The notes below the pieces were generated by a model that was not told the DNA's origin, searched no databases, and saw nothing but the letters and a program-made list of their open reading frames with translations. Positions 18,507-28,419 of a stretch of DNA of 64,000 bases are shown here, piece after piece. The position numbers and the translations under genes are program-made. Numbering within the stretch: the stretch's first letter is position 1; every line of letters begins with the position of its first letter. Location of the stretch: IMG/VR virus record IMGVR_UViG_3300045107_000440, positions 1-64,000 of that record. One strand, written 5' to 3'. This stretch comes from a virus.

Positions 18507-21500
18507 ATGGCCTGCGTAATTGAATATCAAGGGAAGGAGTATAAGCATGAGGAGTTTGCCGCCATGCTTCATGACGGTCTTGTCCCTGAATTATCAACCT
18601 TTAACCAACAACAAGATGAACAAAAAACTAGGGAGCGGCTACCGCTTCAAGAAGGGCTCGGAACAAATTCAGAAGAAGGAGGGACTGAGCAAGAAGTCAG
18701 CGGACGCGATAATGGCCTCAGCGGGGAGGAAAGCCCACGGAGCGAAACAAATGGCGAAGTGGTCAGCAATGGGACGGAAAAAGTAAAACAATCTCATCCC
18801 GAGGCGGAGGTATCAAAAAACAAGCGCGGGAAGAAGGTAGTTAAATCCACGCCCACGACCTACAATGAGACCACTGATATCAAGGAAGGCGATGACGTGT
18901 CGTTTGATTGGCTGGGTGACGCCAAGCAAGGAAAGGTGATATCTGTCGAAAGCGACAAAATCAAAATTCAGTCGGGCAAAACCAAGTACACGGTTCTTAA
19001 ATCAAGTGCCGTAAAGGGAAAAGTTGACTCCGTTGACGAAATAACTAAATACAACGCAGGACGTAAGAATCCTATTGGAATAGTCGGCAACGGCCTTAAA
19101 GGTCCTGGTGCCTTTTTGTTTGATACCGATCTTGGCGATAAGATATCCAGGTTCTTCACCAAGCAATTTACTTCCAGGGGATTTTTGCCACAGACGGTAT
19201 TTAACCGCTGGAATCAGACTAAGGCAGAAATAAGCAAATATGAGACGCAAATTAAGTTCACCATTTCTGATTTAAAACGGGCTATCGGGGAAGAGTACGG
19301 GAAGATCACCGATGGGCAGGTGACGGACTTGAATTCTGCTTTGGCCGGCAAAACGCCACTTAACCCAATTCCTCCGAAGACCGATGCGCTGATCAGAGAC
19401 ATGCGCGACCAGATTGATAACTTGACCAAGCGCTTTATTAACGAAGGCGTGGTGGCCGGAGATTTGACTGCAAAGTTCACGGAAAACCTTGGAACATATC
19501 TTACCAGGAGCTACCGCAAGTACGATGACCCATTCTGGGCAGAATTCGTGCCGGAGGAGGTTAAAAATAAGGCTATGGCCTTTTTGAGAGACAAGTATGA
19601 GGGATATAGCGACCAAGAGATTCAGGGGTTAATCAACTTCCTTCTTTACTCTCCGGAGGCACCCATGGCGGTCATGAAGGGCTCAAAACTTGGCAGTAAG
19701 GATCTATCGATTTTAAAGAAAAGAGGCGACATAGCTCCGGAAATACGGGCCTTGATGGGTGAATATGGCGATCCGCTATTGAATTACGCGCGGTCGGTGA
19801 CCAAAATGGCAAGCCTTATCAGTAAGCATCACTTTCTGCAGGACATCCGGAAAGCCGGGATGAACAACTTCTTATTTGATAAACCGGTGGGGAAATACGC
19901 GGTGCCGATCGCTGCCGAAGGATCCAAGACCATGGCCCCGCTGAATGGACTTTACACTACAAAAGACATCGCTGAGGCCTTCAATGAATTCAATTCCATA
20001 GAGCCTAATCCCGCGTGGCTGCAGTATACTCTTAGGTTTTTTGGATACATAAAGGCCGGAAAGACCGTTTTCTCGGTGATGACCCATGCCAGGAACTTCC
20101 TTGGAAACCTTGGCTTTGTGGTCATGAATGGCCATTACAGGGCTGATAAGTTTGGCAAATCCCTTCAAACCGCGTGGGCTAATGTCTATTCAAAGGACTC
20201 TTCTATCAGGGAAAAATTCATGGAATACACCCGTCTGGGGATTGTCCAGGACAGCGCAGCGGGCGGTGAATTACGAGCTATTTTAAATGACGTTCGTGAC
20301 GGAAAAGATTTCTTCCAACAGATCAGCGAATCACGGTTAAAGAAAGCCACAAACGGGATACTTGATACCTCGAAGAATCTTTACCAGTTTGAAGATGATC
20401 TGTATAAGATTTTCGCTTTTGAAAACGAGCTGGCACGCTACAAAAAGGCGTATCCTGAGTGGTCAGAAGACCAGGTGAAAGAGAAGGCAGCGGAAATCGT
20501 CAGGATGACATACCCCACGTATAGCCTGGTCCCGAAGATCGTTAAAGCCCTTCGTGTCAATCCATTCGTAGGATCTTTCGTGTCTTTCCCTGCCGAGGTA
20601 ATAAGAACCACTTACAATACCATTGGCCTGGCTAAGGCAGAGCTTCAAAATGAAGCCACAAGGTCGATCGGAGCCCAGCGGATGGCTGGTATTATGGCCT
20701 CGCTATTGGTTCCTACAGCGGCTTCCATCGCCAGCCGTGCATTCCTTGGATTGGGCGATGATGATGACAAGTCACTTAGGCGCTTTCTGGCCCCATGGCA
20801 GAAGGACAATGAATTCATTTATCTCAACCACGAAAAAGATAAAGTTACAATCTGGGACATCGGAGCCTCTGATCCTCACAGTTATCTAAAGAAGCCGTTC
20901 TATGCTTTGCTGAATGCCGATAACGTGCCGGAGGCGGCATTTAACAGCGCAGTCGAAGTCCTGCAGCCGTTCCTTTCGGAGGAAATGGTTTTGACCGCCT
21001 ATGAGGATGTCATGAGAAACCAGAAGAAAAATGGTGACCAGGTTTACAATAAATATTCCAGTGCCGGTGATCAGGCCTATGACATTTTCCACCACGTGGA
21101 GGGCATCACTCAAATCGGGACCGTTAAATCCTTGGAGAATTTAACCAAAGCCATCAAAGGCCAGACAGACCGCTACGGAAAGAAATATGAGGTAGGCAAG
21201 GAGCTTGTTTCGCTATTCACCGGCCAGCGGGCAGAAGTGAAGGACGTAAATCAAGCGCTGTTATTTCAGGCCTATGCCCTTAAAGACGCGGTAGACCAGG
21301 CGGAAAAGGAATTCAATAGGATAAAAAGAAGCAAGGCCTCTACCGATAAAGAAATTGTGGAAGCCCTTCGTAAAAGAGACGAGACGCTGGAAAACATTGC
21401 AGAGGAGGCTTTGCAATTATACCGTTCCGCGGTAAAACTTGGGGTCGATCCACGCGAGGCAAAGGCAAAAATTCACAAGGTGAAAAACCCAATTGTGTTT

Positions 21501-21524
21501 AGAAAAGTCTTTGGGCAGGATTAA
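18507..21524 (+). CDS. large virion-module protein (1005 aa)
   Basis: Starts the nucleotide after the ferritin stop. Charged, low-complexity N-terminus followed by a long helical body. Confidence 0.65.
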   Translation: MACVIEYQGKEYKHEEFAAMLHDGLVPELSTFNQQQDEQKTRERLPLQEGLGTNSEEGGTEQEVSGRDNGLSGEESPRSETNGEVVSNGTEKVKQSHPEAEVSKNKRGKKVVKSTPTTYNETTDIKEGDDVSFDWLGDAKQGKVISVESDKIKIQSGKTKYTVLKSSAVKGKVDSVDEITKYNAGRKNPIGIVGNGLKGPGAFLFDTDLGDKISRFFTKQFTSRGFLPQTVFNRWNQTKAEISKYETQIKFTISDLKRAIGEEYGKITDGQVTDLNSALAGKTPLNPIPPKTDALIRDMRDQIDNLTKRFINEGVVAGDLTAKFTENLGTYLTRSYRKYDDPFWAEFVPEEVKNKAMAFLRDKYEGYSDQEIQGLINFLLYSPEAPMAVMKGSKLGSKDLSILKKRGDIAPEIRALMGEYGDPLLNYARSVTKMASLISKHHFLQDIRKAGMNNFLFDKPVGKYAVPIAAEGSKTMAPLNGLYTTKDIAEAFNEFNSIEPNPAWLQYTLRFFGYIKAGKTVFSVMTHARNFLGNLGFVVMNGHYRADKFGKSLQTAWANVYSKDSSIREKFMEYTRLGIVQDSAAGGELRAILNDVRDGKDFFQQISESRLKKATNGILDTSKNLYQFEDDLYKIFAFENELARYKKAYPEWSEDQVKEKAAEIVRMTYPTYSLVPKIVKALRVNPFVGSFVSFPAEVIRTTYNTIGLAKAELQNEATRSIGAQRMAGIMASLLVPTAASIASRAFLGLGDDDDKSLRRFLAPWQKDNEFIYLNHEKDKVTIWDIGASDPHSYLKKPFYALLNADNVPEAAFNSAVEVLQPFLSEEMVLTAYEDVMRNQKKNGDQVYNKYSSAGDQAYDIFHHVEGITQIGTVKSLENLTKAIKGQTDRYGKKYEVGKELVSLFTGQRAEVKDVNQALLFQAYALKDAVDQAEKEFNRIKRSKASTDKEIVEALRKRDETLENIAEEALQLYRSAVKLGVDPREAKAKIHKVKNPIVFRKVFGQD

Positions 21525-21525
21525 G

Positions 21526-21984
21526 TTATTTTCTGGTGATTGTAATGGTCTCGGAAAATTCGGTGAATGGGTTTGCAGTGTTAAAACCACCAGACCAATA
21601 TTTTTGATAACTACATGACATTTTTGAATAATCCGATGAGATAAAACATATCACTGATAATTGCATTAGTGCGGTGTTTACATCTTTGGCATTTATGAAA
21701 TACATCCAAGTATTGTACTGCTCATTAATTTTATTGCTTAAATCAATCGTTGAATTTGCACCAAGAATCTGCGCTGCATTAACCGTATACTTCGTTCCTG
21801 AAATTGCAAAAGTTCCGCTACTCAATTCAAATCCCCCGGTGGAGGTTTTTGTAATATTGAAATCCAGTTCGAATGTCGCGGACTTCCCATACCAATGACC
21901 TGCGATATCGTTGTACTTCGGTGATTCCGATTTGCCACATGCCAGTAATCCAACCAGCACGAACAGCATAAAAATGTATTTCAT
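21526..21984 (-). CDS. lipoprotein (moron / exclusion candidate)
   Basis: N-terminus MKYIFMLFVLVGLLACGKS carries a lipobox (LLAC). Confidence 0.65.
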   Translation of the reverse strand: MKYIFMLFVLVGLLACGKSESPKYNDIAGHWYGKSATFELDFNITKTSTGGFELSSGTFAISGTKYTVNAAQILGANSTIDLSNKINEQYNTWMYFINAKDVNTALMQLSVICFISSDYSKMSCSYQKYWSGGFNTANPFTEFSETITITRK

Positions 21985-22184
21985 AGTTGATGATTGATCG
22001 AGCTTTTCATTAAAGAAATAAGTTTATCCTGGCTTTCCGCGTGCTTCTCAAGAACTCGAAACATCTTTGAATTTTTTTTTGCCTTACGGCCAAATCTGAT
22101 AGTGAGAAACATGACAAAGCAAACCAAGAAAATAATAAACAAGATTAGCCCAACAACAACGAATTTGATCGACAGGATTTCCAT
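21981..22184 (-). CDS. small single-pass membrane protein
   Basis: TM segment FVVVGLILFIIFLVCFVMFLTI; overlaps the downstream gene by 4 nt. Confidence 0.5.
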   Translation of the reverse strand: MEILSIKFVVVGLILFIIFLVCFVMFLTIRFGRKAKKNSKMFRVLEKHAESQDKLISLMKSSINHQL

Positions 22185-22756
22185 ATTAAGAACGCGCTAC
22201 ATAAATTAAAAATTGAGTTGAATATGATGTGTACGTTATCTAAAATTTCAAGGTACTGATCTGCCATAAATCCTCGTCCCGTGAAGTACACCATGTTAAC
22301 CGAGAAATAGGCAAGAATCAAACCGAGAAAATAAAATTCTATTCTGTGAATATCGGCCCCGTCACTAATCTGGTAGAAAATTAGCAGAATGAATGTAATT
22401 AACAAAGCTCCCTCCAATAAAATGGGAAAATGATTGTACGAATGGGGATTACTGAATATCTCAAAGATGCCTACGCTGGCAATTAGGATCTTGAATAGCC
22501 TCACCCGAAACCAAATAAAAGACTGAATAAACCGCAGTAGGATGATCGATTCGAAGATAATGTAGGAATTGAGTATCACCAGATTGTGGTGAAATAAGAT
22601 TCGAAAGAGTGTAGACAAAACTTCACTGACAAATCCGGCAAAAAAAAGCCAGGCTATCGGCTTTAAAGACTGCGACAGCCTGGTGTAATAAATTATTGAT
22701 GCCAGTAAAGGCAGGAGAATGCTATAGGCTAGGATTGTTACAAGCTGTACGCTCAT
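22145..22756 (-). CDS. polytopic membrane protein
   Basis: About six hydrophobic helices across 203 aa. Confidence 0.6.
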   Translation of the reverse strand: MSVQLVTILAYSILLPLLASIIYYTRLSQSLKPIAWLFFAGFVSEVLSTLFRILFHHNLVILNSYIIFESIILLRFIQSFIWFRVRLFKILIASVGIFEIFSNPHSYNHFPILLEGALLITFILLIFYQISDGADIHRIEFYFLGLILAYFSVNMVYFTGRGFMADQYLEILDNVHIIFNSIFNLCSAFLIWKSCRSNSLLLG

Positions 22757-23067
22757 AGCGTGTCACAGTGCGGAGGGCATGGCTGGCCTTGTTCCACAAG
22801 GGTAGAGGTGCCGTCCTCAGCGGTGAAGATCGTTTGTCCGTTGGCGTCAGTGGCCGCCAGGATGTGCACGTGCTTTCCATGTTCATCTAACCCGTGATAG
22901 GTTCTGATGCCGGTGCAGCCGGGGATGGCGAGAAGTTTCTTATAGTGTTCGGCTCCGAAATAGTAGCCGTGGATGAAGTCAGGGTGTTTCGCGCGGAAGT
23001 CCTGAGTCATTTTTACCGCTTGTTCGCGGCTGATGTGGCCGCCTGCCTTGTGGTTAAATGTTTCCAT
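22753..23067 (-). CDS. hypothetical protein (CPPxC C-terminus)
   Basis: ATG at 23067 (METFNHKAGGH...) inside track ORF 22753..23109. Confidence 0.5.
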   Translation of the reverse strand: METFNHKAGGHISREQAVKMTQDFRAKHPDFIHGYYFGAEHYKKLLAIPGCTGIRTYHGLDEHGKHVHILAATDANGQTIFTAEDGTSTLVEQGQPCPPHCDTL

Positions 23068-23314
23068 TGTAAATTTTTTCTTTTTTAAGGTTAATGATGA
23101 GGATGTCAATTTCGTTCAATTGAATTTTCTTCAGATAAAATTCTGTTGGGTCCATCGAGTCCTTGCGTAGTTTTAGCACCTCGCGGTTGGCCTCCGTATT
23201 TTCTTCAAGGAAAGAAAGCAGTTGATCGGGGCTGACTGCGATTTCGCGCAATTTCTCTGCAAGAGAAGTCTCTTTATTGATATGCAATTCGATGTTCTTC
23301 ACAGATTTTTTCAA
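23054..23314 (-). CDS. hypothetical protein
   Basis: Track ORF lying between the regulator and the CPPxC protein. Confidence 0.45.
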   Translation of the reverse strand: MKKSVKNIELHINKETSLAEKLREIAVSPDQLLSFLEENTEANREVLKLRKDSMDPTEFYLKKIQLNEIDILIINLKKEKIYNGNI

Positions 23315-24227
23315 GGGCCCTGACTCTTTGTTTTAGTAGCTCAACGAGGTCTTTGTGTATATTGATGTTCTCAACCAGTCTTTTATTTTCGTCTTTCAAC
23401 GTCTCATTCTCCTTGGCGAGTAATCGATTTACATGGTCAAAGGTATCAGTTTGTTCATTCGTGTCAATACCTTTTGATAAATCTTTTTTCAATTCATCCT
23501 TATTTTCTTGAAAAAGTTTCTGTAGAGACAATTTTTCCATTTTGTTAGGAGTGGTCTTTCCTTTCTCCCAGTTCACAATTGTAGCTCTTGTTACTTGCAG
23601 ATTATCAGCAAGCTCTTCCTGAGTAAAGCCAAATTTCTTTCTATTATAACGTAGCCACTCTGCATCGGATTTTTCATTTTTTGGAAGTCCTTCGAAATAA
23701 GTCTTTAAAATCTGATATTCTTTATAGTCTGGATTCCCGCGGCCCTGTTCCCACGCATTTATCAAGTGCGACTTTATTCCGGTTGCTTCCGAAACCTGTC
23801 GCTGGCTTAATCCAAACTCAATTCGATATTCTTTTATGTTTAAATCCATATTTGTGTTTTGATTTTGTGGTTCTTGATCATTAAAAAGAGCTTCTAAAGA
23901 TTTGATTTCCATTTTATTAGGAGTTGTAAATCCGCGCTCCCACCGAGCTATTGTGTCTCTTGTTATTTGTAATCGCTTAGCTAAATCTTCTTGAGTAAAA
24001 TTATGCTTAGTCCTGTTTTTTCGAATCCAAACTGGCACATCGTTTGATTTTGGATTTGTTTTCAGGTCTTCAAAAAACTTTATAAGTATATCATGGTCTT
24101 TGACTTTAGGCTGTGATCCAAACCTTTCCCATCCTGCAATTCGATCCCTGGGAATACCAGTTTGCTCCGAAAGTTCTTGCTGAGATAAGCCAAATTGAGT
24201 TCTTAATTCTTTGATATTGAGGCGCAT
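23274..24227 (-). CDS. transcriptional regulator with four tandem XRE-type HTH domains plus a coiled coil (repressor candidate)
   Basis: Four HTH units: ELRTQFGLSQQELSEQTGIPRDRIAGWE, KHNFTQEDLAKRLQITRDTIARWE, EYRIEFGLSQRQVSEATGIKSHLINAWE and KKFGFTQEELADNLQVTRATIVNWE. They are arranged as an (A-B)x2 duplication. The gene is divergent from the early operon. Confidence 0.75.
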   Translation of the reverse strand: MRLNIKELRTQFGLSQQELSEQTGIPRDRIAGWERFGSQPKVKDHDILIKFFEDLKTNPKSNDVPVWIRKNRTKHNFTQEDLAKRLQITRDTIARWERGFTTPNKMEIKSLEALFNDQEPQNQNTNMDLNIKEYRIEFGLSQRQVSEATGIKSHLINAWEQGRGNPDYKEYQILKTYFEGLPKNEKSDAEWLRYNRKKFGFTQEELADNLQVTRATIVNWEKGKTTPNKMEKLSLQKLFQENKDELKKDLSKGIDTNEQTDTFDHVNRLLAKENETLKDENKRLVENINIHKDLVELLKQRVRALEKICEEHRIAYQ

Positions 24228-24257
24228 AAAAATTATTTACCTAAATGCTTGTTTTTT

Positions 24258-24276
24258 AGTAATAATTATCATTACT
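24258..24276. promoter_or_regulatory. inverted repeat AGTAAT-N7-ATTACT (operator candidate)
   Basis: Lies in the 92-nt divergent region between the 4xHTH regulator and the early operon. Confidence 0.35.
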
Positions 24277-24319
24277 TCGTATCGCGATTGAACCAATATA
24301 GACTCAAATCAGAAACAAA

Positions 24320-24526
24320 ATGAGCGATAAAATTAATGAAAAGCCAAGAACACGCAAGTTATTTATCAAGATCAATTTGCGGAAAGTGCCAAAAAGTTTA
24401 CATGCCGAGATCAAAAAGTATCGCGATACAGTGATGATTGGGCATAATACTATTGAGGATGCCACTCTCAATTTGGTAAGAAATGCCCTAGCGCAACACA
24501 AAAACCAAACAAATTCCGAATCATAA
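24320..24526 (+). CDS. small early protein (Cro-like position)
   Basis: First plus-strand ORF opposite the 4xHTH regulator. Confidence 0.5.
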   Translation: MSDKINEKPRTRKLFIKINLRKVPKSLHAEIKKYRDTVMIGHNTIEDATLNLVRNALAQHKNQTNSES

Positions 24527-24538
24527 ACCAGCCCTCGC

Positions 24539-24763
24539 ATGAAAACAGTCATCGAACCCACCGCAAAATTTTCATTTACCGCTGAAATGCCCATCAGGCC
24601 ATCAGCGACAAAACACATCAGTGTTAAGAAGTTAATTGATCTGAATAATAAGCAGACAGAGGTGATTGGTTCCCTTTGCCTGTATCTGCGTTTTTCCAAA
24701 AACGTGAAGTTCAAAAGCCTTCCGAAGGAATTGCAGAAGAGTTTAAAATCCCTTTACAAATAA
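24539..24763 (+). CDS. hypothetical early protein
   Basis: Track ORF. Confidence 0.45.
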   Translation: MKTVIEPTAKFSFTAEMPIRPSATKHISVKKLIDLNNKQTEVIGSLCLYLRFSKNVKFKSLPKELQKSLKSLYK

Positions 24764-24768
24764 GAGAT

Positions 24769-24960
24769 ATGGCACTTGTTAAAGCTCAAGACTTAAAAAA
24801 GGACATGGTGTTTATCAACACCAAAGAAACCGTGCAAGCCTGCGGAAACATCTTGAATGACAGAAACAAGGTGTGGCTGGTTTTAACAAAACGTGGAAAC
24901 ACCAGAAGAGTAAATTACAACAAGGGAACTTTGATTTCAGTGCAAGATGGTAACAGCTAG
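24769..24960 (+). CDS. hypothetical early protein
   Basis: ATG 24769 (MALVKAQDL...) within track ORF 24676..24960. Confidence 0.45.
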   Translation: MALVKAQDLKKDMVFINTKETVQACGNILNDRNKVWLVLTKRGNTRRVNYNKGTLISVQDGNS

Positions 24961-25225
24961 GTATTATCAGGGAGCGTGGGAAAATCTACCACCGCCAAAG
25001 ATTTACTCGGATTGCATGGATGCTGAAATCTGGGATCACGAAGGAGAAAGAGCTAGTTGTAAAGTAGAGTACGTGATTGAAGTCCATGGCCCTGATGCAG
25101 TGAATTGCCGAGTTAAGATCGTGGAGTTGCCGGAAGGTGTTTTTGACCAATTGAAATACGACATCATTGAATCGATAAAATCGAAAGAAGGAGTGAAGGA
25201 ATTTGAAAACATTTATTGGAATTGA
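24947..25225 (+). CDS. hypothetical early protein
   Basis: Track ORF. Confidence 0.5.
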   Translation: MVTARYYQGAWENLPPPKIYSDCMDAEIWDHEGERASCKVEYVIEVHGPDAVNCRVKIVELPEGVFDQLKYDIIESIKSKEGVKEFENIYWN

Positions 25226-25328
25226 GGCCACAACCACCCAGGGCGGACGGAGCTTCGTAGTGGCTGTCTTTGTCCGCCTGCCTCTTCCAATTTTGAAAAA
25301 TAAAGTAAAAAAGTAAAATAAGGTAATC

Positions 25329-26279
25329 ATGGAACAATCAGTAGCAACAACATCATCCCAATCGGTAGCCAAGCCGGAAACAGGCATAAAATCTCTTTCT
25401 TCGTTTTTAAACGGTGATCAGATTAAAGCAAAGTTCACTGAAATACTTGGTGCCCGCGGAACGGCATTTATCGCCTCGGTATTATCGGTCTGCAACACCA
25501 GTAACGATTTAAAGAATGCCACTCCGGAAAGTATATACACCGCGGCTCTGATGGCAGCCACCTTGGATTTGCCCATTAATCAAAACCTCGGACATGCCTT
25601 CATCATCCCTTTTAAATCTAAGGCGGGAACACCAAACGAAAAGGTGGAGGCTCAATTCCAGATTTCAGCCAAGGGCTTTAAGCAGCTCGCAATCCGCAGC
25701 GGCCAGTATAAGATAATCACCGATGCCATTGTCTATGAAGGACAATTGGTGAAGGAAGATCCTTTGCAGGGATTTGAATTTGATTGGACTAAAAAAGAGA
25801 GCGATACGGTGATTGGGTATGTCGCGTATTTCGAACTCATTTCAGGATACAAAAGCACGTTCTACATGAGTAAACAGAAAGTGACGGAACATGCCTTGAA
25901 ATATTCTCAGACCTTCAAGTCGAAAACCCAGTGGGTAAAAGAATCCTCGAAGTGGACTACTGATTTTGATTCCATGGCTTTAAAAACCGTGACAAAACTC
26001 AATTTGTCAAAAAATGGTCCGCTGTCAGTTGAAATGCAAAGGGCGATGGTGGTAGACCAGGCCGTGATCAAGAACTACGACAAAGAAAGCGACACGCTTG
26101 ATGTCAGTTATGAAGATAATAAACTGCCTGATCCGGTAACGGTCGAAGAACTGCAGCAGCTTTTCGATGACAAAGCCGCGGAACTCACAAAGAAAGAGTT
26201 TGATGACGCTACCCGCATCATCCGCGACAAGGAACAAGAGAGCTATGTGAAACTCAAAAACCTGCTTATCAGCAAATAA
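25329..26279 (+). CDS. recT: RecT-family single-strand annealing protein
   Basis: Typical RecT core: ...LDLPINQNLGHAFIIPF...QFQISAKGFKQLAIRSGQYK... Confidence 0.7.
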   Translation: MEQSVATTSSQSVAKPETGIKSLSSFLNGDQIKAKFTEILGARGTAFIASVLSVCNTSNDLKNATPESIYTAALMAATLDLPINQNLGHAFIIPFKSKAGTPNEKVEAQFQISAKGFKQLAIRSGQYKIITDAIVYEGQLVKEDPLQGFEFDWTKKESDTVIGYVAYFELISGYKSTFYMSKQKVTEHALKYSQTFKSKTQWVKESSKWTTDFDSMALKTVTKLNLSKNGPLSVEMQRAMVVDQAVIKNYDKESDTLDVSYEDNKLPDPVTVEELQQLFDDKAAELTKKEFDDATRIIRDKEQESYVKLKNLLISK

Positions 26280-26283
26280 CTCT

Positions 26284-27366
26284 ATGGAACAACTACAGTT
26301 GCCAGCCGAAAGTCCTTTAAGCCTGTCCATCATCACCGACAAGGAGCCGTTGCTTCGATCGCTGGTGGAAGAATACAGTGGACTTTCCATCGATGGCGTT
26401 GATGACAAGGAAGGATTCAAAAAAGTTGACGATGCAAGAAAAAGACTCAAGCAAGAGCGCGTGCAACTTGAAAAAGACGGCTACAACACAAGAGAGAAGG
26501 CCATTGCGTTTCAGAAGGCGGTGATTGAGAAGGAGCGCTCATTGGTTTCTATCATCAAACCCTTGGAAGATAAGTTTCTTTCAATGACACAAAAAGTCAA
26601 TGAAGAAAAGGAACGCATCAAAAAAGAGAAGGAGGAGGCTGAGAACCGCAGGATTCAGGCAAGAATCGATGCACTCAATCAATACAATTATGCCGTTGAC
26701 TACAGCATGATTTCAAAGATCGATGATCAGGAGTTTGAAATTATGTTGTCAAATGTCAAAGCCGATTACGAAGAGGAGCAGAAGAAAATTGCCGCCAAGA
26801 AAGCTGAGGAAGAGGAAGCCAGGAGGCAGGAAGAAGAGCGGTTGAAAGCCGAGCGTATTGAAATTGAGCGATTGCGCAAGGAGCATGAGGAGAAAGAAAA
26901 GGCACTTGCTGAAGAACGTGAGCAAATCAGAAAACAACAGGAGGAAGAGCAGAGGAAAATTCAGGCAGAGAACGACCGGAAGCAACGCGAGTTTGAAGAA
27001 GAGCAGAGGAAGATCAGAGAGGAGAATGCTCGAATAGCAAGTGAATTAAAGGCCCGCGAAGCTGAATTGAAGAGACAGGAGAACGAGAGAATAGCCGCTG
27101 AGAAAGCCAAGGCAGAAGAAGAGGCTCGGTTGAAAAGAAAGGAGGAAGAGAAGATTGAACGCGAGCGTCTGGCTAAGATCGAAGCCGAAAGAAAGGAGCA
27201 ATTGAAGCCCGATAAGCAAAAACTGAACGAACTTGCGGCATCGATCACCAATGACATCAAGTATCCGGCATTGACCCACAGTTCTTCAAACGAAGTTTGT
27301 AAGTGGGTTCAGAGTTCTTTGTTTGAAATAGCAAAACAATTGGTGGACAAAGCTGAAAATCTGTAA
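26284..27366 (+). CDS. E/K/R-rich coiled-coil protein of the recombination module
   Basis: About 200 aa of a charged heptad-like run; lies between RecT and the exonuclease. Confidence 0.6.
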   Translation: MEQLQLPAESPLSLSIITDKEPLLRSLVEEYSGLSIDGVDDKEGFKKVDDARKRLKQERVQLEKDGYNTREKAIAFQKAVIEKERSLVSIIKPLEDKFLSMTQKVNEEKERIKKEKEEAENRRIQARIDALNQYNYAVDYSMISKIDDQEFEIMLSNVKADYEEEQKKIAAKKAEEEEARRQEEERLKAERIEIERLRKEHEEKEKALAEEREQIRKQQEEEQRKIQAENDRKQREFEEEQRKIREENARIASELKAREAELKRQENERIAAEKAKAEEEARLKRKEEEKIERERLAKIEAERKEQLKPDKQKLNELAASITNDIKYPALTHSSSNEVCKWVQSSLFEIAKQLVDKAENL

Positions 27367-27370
27367 ACCT

Positions 27371-28093
27371 ATGGATCAGTCGAGAGCAGGAACCTTTTCT
27401 TCCAGTAATATATGGAAGCTACTCAGCAAAGACCGTAGCGGTAAAGGCCTTGGTGCCCCTGGTTTAAAATACCTGAAGCAAGTGAACTACGAGCGTGAGT
27501 TGGGCAGGGCTATATCTGTCGAGCATGAGGCCAGAACAACTTCCTGGGGGAATTTATGCGAGAAACATGTGTTCCAGATATTGGACACCTCTTACAGGTA
27601 TTTTGCAAAGAAAAGGTTTTACCATCCCTCATTGCCTTGGACGGGATGCCCGGACGCGGTAAAAGACGACACTACCTCAGACATCAAGTGTCCTACGATA
27701 GAGGTCTTCTGCGATAAAATAAAGGTCCTGAATCAAGGGATTCAAAAATACAAAGAAGAGTACCCTGAAGATTATTGGCAGCACATCTCAAATTCCGTGT
27801 TGTTAAATCTTAACGGATATGACATTAAGTTTTTCGAACCCATCATCTACTGCCCGTACAAAAAAGATTTGGAGAAAATCCGTGAAGTGGCGTCAGGGGT
27901 TGATGACTTGATTGAACAACGGAAATATTATTGGGTGATAAGTTCCGATGACAGCGAATTGCCTTGGTTGCCAAACGACTCTTCTTACAAGGATCTCAAT
28001 GTTTTCAAGTTTGAGATTCCAAAACAAGATCAGGATTTTCTTACAAGTGTAATTGAAGGCTACAGCAAGCTTCTAATAAGAAAAGCTGCATGA
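27371..28093 (+). CDS. YqaJ/lambda-Exo-like PD-(D/E)XK exonuclease
   Basis: GTFSSSNIWKLL..., ...WGNLCEKHVF... and ...TGCPDAV...SDIKCP fit the YqaJ motif order. It sits in the partner position to RecT. Confidence 0.6.
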   Translation: MDQSRAGTFSSSNIWKLLSKDRSGKGLGAPGLKYLKQVNYERELGRAISVEHEARTTSWGNLCEKHVFQILDTSYRYFAKKRFYHPSLPWTGCPDAVKDDTTSDIKCPTIEVFCDKIKVLNQGIQKYKEEYPEDYWQHISNSVLLNLNGYDIKFFEPIIYCPYKKDLEKIREVASGVDDLIEQRKYYWVISSDDSELPWLPNDSSYKDLNVFKFEIPKQDQDFLTSVIEGYSKLLIRKAA

Positions 28094-28419
28094 GCCAAAT
28101 GAATCTTTTCACCGGCAAAGAACTCAAGAAGCGCGGGATGGCGAAGGCCGTTGACAGCGCTGGAAAAGACTGGATGGAGCAGGCTTATGCCTATTCTCTG
28201 GCTTTCCTGGAAAGACTTGATGCCCAAGAAAGATTCATGGGAGAGCAGTTGAGACAAACGGCAGAGGCCTTTGGACTTACAGCTCCGAAGAGCAACAGAG
28301 TGTGGGGAGCTATTATGATACGACTGGCGAAGGAAAAAAAGATTAAGAATGTAGGCTTTCAAAAGGTGAGTAATCCACTTGCCCACAGTGCGAATGCCTC
28401 CGTGTGGATGAAAATATGA
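28090..28419 (+). CDS. hypothetical early protein
   Basis: Track ORF; 4-nt overlap upstream. Confidence 0.55.
   Translation: MSQMNLFTGKELKKRGMAKAVDSAGKDWMEQAYAYSLAFLERLDAQERFMGEQLRQTAEAFGLTAPKSNRVWGAIMIRLAKEKKIKNVGFQKVSNPLAHSANASVWMKI

Noticed and set aside
26749-27279. Three antisense ORFs (26749..26985, 26961..27260, 27046..27279).
   Set aside because: They are mirror images of the GAA/AAG-rich coiled-coil gene. They are low-complexity L/F/S-rich and have no independent signals.
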